From Mobula hypostoma (taxonomy: Eukaryota), in the NCBI RefSeq assembly GCF_963921235.1, contig NC_086107.1:107882001-107946000 (forward strand): a stretch of DNA of 64,000 nucleotides. The letters are read 5' to 3'. Under the pieces are notes generated by a model that worked only from the letters and a program-made list of their open reading frames with translations, searched no databases and was not told the origin of the DNA. Numbering within the stretch: position 1 is the first letter of the stretch; each line of letters opens with the position of its first letter. Shown here piece after piece: positions 61,215-64,000 of this stretch. Both the position numbers and the translations under genes were made by a program.

Positions 61215-61610
61215 AGATTTTGCTTGCTTTTCAAACTTTCTCAAACTTACGGTAATTGCACCCCTCCCACACCATTCCCCATTCCTGCTTTCCTATCTCA
61301 CCTCTTCTCTTACCTGCCCATCACTCTTCCCTTTTTTCCATGGTCTTCTACCCTCCCCTATCAGATTCCCCCTTCCCAGCTGTTTACCTCTTTCACCAAG
61401 CAACTTCTTAGTTCTTTATCTTGCCCGCCCTCCTCCTCTCCCGGTTTCACCTACCACCTTGTACTTCTTCCTCTCCTCCCCCTACCTTCTTACTCTGACT
61501 TCCCATCCTTTTTCTCCAGTCCTGACAAAGGATCTTGGCCCAAAACGTTGACTGTTTACTCTTTTCCATGGCCTGCTGAGTTCCTCCAGCATTTTGTGCG
61601 TGTTGCCTGA
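61215..61610 (+). mobile_element. PLE pLTR fragment with degenerate hammerhead
   Basis: agtcctgacaaaggatcttggcccaaaacgttgact; gctgagttcctccagcattttgtg. Confidence 0.72.
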
Positions 61611-61611
61611 A

Positions 61612-62550
61612 TATTTTTGGGTGTATCTTATGGATTTTGGGCTGCTGATCATGAAAATCACTGTGAAATTTCTATATCATGCACCATTTTTTTTGTAATC
61701 ACCTGTATTTGTCATTTCAGTTCATAATTCAAGTCAATTAAAATGTTGCCCACAATGTAAACTGAAAAGTGTTTTATCTTGCCTTGGCATACCTGGGCAC
61801 TCTAAGGCAGAGTGGATGCTGCATAGCAGGACAGGCTATAAAAGCATCACACACACACACACGCACTGTTCTATGCATTGTGTTTGCACATATATTGGTT
61901 TGTGATCACGTTGATGTGCAGGCTCTACATCAGAACACATTGTGTGTACTCATTAGAATAAAGTAATTACATTTTCAGGCGTATTTGTGATAGCAAAATG
62001 TCTTTCCAATGTTGAAACATCCAAGATATTTTCTGTTACATTGGTGGTGAGTATAGGCTTAAATTTCAAAGATGTAGCACAACTCCTCTTATTAAAAAGC
62101 CTATGAGCTCTACTTTGGGTGTAAAATTGGTGACCAAGCCAAACCCTGGGCTCCTCACATTCGATGCATTTCCATTTAGCCTTCTTCCCTACAAATCTTG
62201 GCGTTGTCAGTGACGAGCACGGTGAAAGATTTCACCAGGACATTGCGGTCATGGAGAAATGGTATCAGGGCAACTGGAGTCCATCAATGCTGGCTGATCA
62301 TCGTTGGACACCTAAGAAACTAAGAACAAGTGGAAGTCATCAACAAAACATTTTTAGCTTAGTTGAACTGTTGCAAAGCGTCAGCACCATTGCACAATTA
62401 GACGCATTATATTCAATAAAAGTTGATTTCTTGTTTCTCCAAATTCCTACACGATAAAATAGTCTGAAATTATATTTCTGTTTAACTTCAAGCGGTCTAT
62501 CATAACTATAAAATATTCTGAGGAAGGAACATAAATTGGTTGTGTTATTG
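61612..62550 (+). mobile_element. Chapaev3-like (CMC) DNA transposon, internal deletion derivative
   Basis: N-terminal ...IFCYI.GEY...KKAYELYFGCKIGDQAKPWAPHI-like piece fused to C-terminal HFHLAFFPTNLGVVSDEHGERFHQDIAVMEKWYQGNWSPSMLADHRWT. Confidence 0.75.
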
Positions 62551-63414
62551 AGCCATTTTTGTGTTATACTTGAAGAGGTATGACACAGGGTAACAGACCT
62601 TGTAGCTATTTTTTGACCAGCAGAGATATGGCGGGTCAATAGTCTCCTTCTGAATTCAACGTTTTTCTACGTCTCCAAGTGTGCCAGTCTGCCTTGTAAT
62701 CAACAAGCAGGCAAAAGCACTGATGTTGTGACAGAAACAAGTCTAGGAACCAGAGTGGTAAGCACGGACCAGGGCCGGCATGCCACAGGAGGCCGACAAC
62801 ACAAGCCATTAAAGATCAGGATGAGCCATCTCTCATGCAGTGCGTCACGGATGACCTGAAGTGAAACAAAATAAATGACGAGCTCATGCAACTTCGCCTG
62901 CTTTCATCCTGCCTTCCTGATCTGCTGACAACAAAGGGCCCTTTCATTGTCCAATTCACTGTTAGCCCCTTGCCTCCAGGTCTTTCCATGCTCTTTAATT
63001 GGATATTCCCCAAAAAAGCCTCATGATCTCAGAATGACTCAATATCCGTGGAAATAAATTAGATTCTGAAAGGTCACATGATAACATTTTCCACGTTTCC
63101 ACTTCAAACATAACTGCTAATCCTATTTTTTCTCAAGTAACTTTTTTTTAAAAAAAACTTTTGTTGGTTAAATGATCACTGGATGCTTAAAATCCTAATC
63201 AAATTATGTGGCTATTTCCAGTCAATTGCTGGACTGCTGCAGTCACTTTATCAGGACCCACTCATCAGCAGCCATTCATTGTCCTGTGATAGCATGCTCC
63301 GTTGATCAGGAGTGAGAAAAGACAGCCAGAGGTAGCTGATGCCCCCTCAGTTGGGAAAGGTGGACTGTCTATGACTGAGCACCAGATTGTGAACTTCAGC
63401 TGAATATATTGTAC

Positions 63415-63950
63415 CCCCAGTGGACACTTTATTGGGTGTGGTGTCAATCCTGTACACCTGCTCGTTAATGCAAATATCAAATCAGCCAATCATGTGGCAG
63501 CAACTCAATGCATAAAACATGCAGACATGGTGAAGAGGTTCAGTTGTTGTTCAGACCAAACATCAGAATGGGGAAGAGATGTGACCCTGACGGTGGAATG
63601 ATTGTTGGTGCCAGATGGGGTGGTTTGAGTATCGTAGAAACTGCTGATCTCCTGGAATTCTCATGCACAGCAATCTCTAGAGTTTACAGAGAGTGGTGTA
63701 AAAACCATTAAAATAATCTAGTGGACAACAGTTCTGTGGGGAAAAAGTGCCTTGTTAATGGGAGAGGTCAGAGGAGAATGGCCAGACTGGTTCAAGCTGA
63801 CAGGAAGGTGACAGTAACCCAGGTCAACAAATGTTGCAACAGTGGTGTGTAGAAGAGCATCTCTGAATGCACGGCACATCAAACCTTGATGTGGATGGGC
63901 TACAGCAACAGAAGACCACAACATACACTCAGTGGCCACTTTACTAGGCA
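63415..63950 (+). mobile_element. Tc1-derived element
   Basis: MGKRCDPDGGMIVGARWGGLSIVETADLLEFSCTAISRVYREW; internal direct TIR copy at 63926. Confidence 0.82.
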
Positions 63951-64000
63951 CCACTCACAAAATGCTGAAGGAACTCAACAGGCCAGGAAGCATCTATGGA

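Overview
Eukaryotic, repeat-saturated DNA in which I recognise no host protein-coding gene. The repeat repertoire (CR1 LINEs with (ATGTTTCT)n-type tails, V-SINE/HE1-like and Deu-domain SINEs, Rex1/Babar LINEs, Penelope-like elements) points to a cartilaginous fish, probably intronic or intergenic sequence; this is inference. Nearly every long ORF in the track is a retroelement remnant or its antisense shadow. The structurally interesting items are: (1) a ~560-bp RTE-type non-autonomous element (3719-4276, minus strand, 27-bp target-site duplication) whose 5' end folds by eye into a complete HDV-like ribozyme with an unusual stem-loop inside L3; (2) a ~2.9-kb near-perfect palindrome of a Penelope-like element (9704-12598) with a minimal hammerhead ribozyme at each end, nested in an RTE LINE that shows a twin-priming 5' inversion and is itself nested in an older LINE tail; (3) about a dozen Penelope-associated hammerhead motifs and two more inverted Penelope structures; (4) a Gypsy-type solo LTR containing a 33/31-bp minisatellite; (5) a Tc1-derived MITE family with three TIR copies, a Chapaev3-like deletion derivative, and a CpG-rich non-tRNA ~620-bp short retroelement family. 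All RNA folds and family names were assigned by eye, with no database search or folding program.
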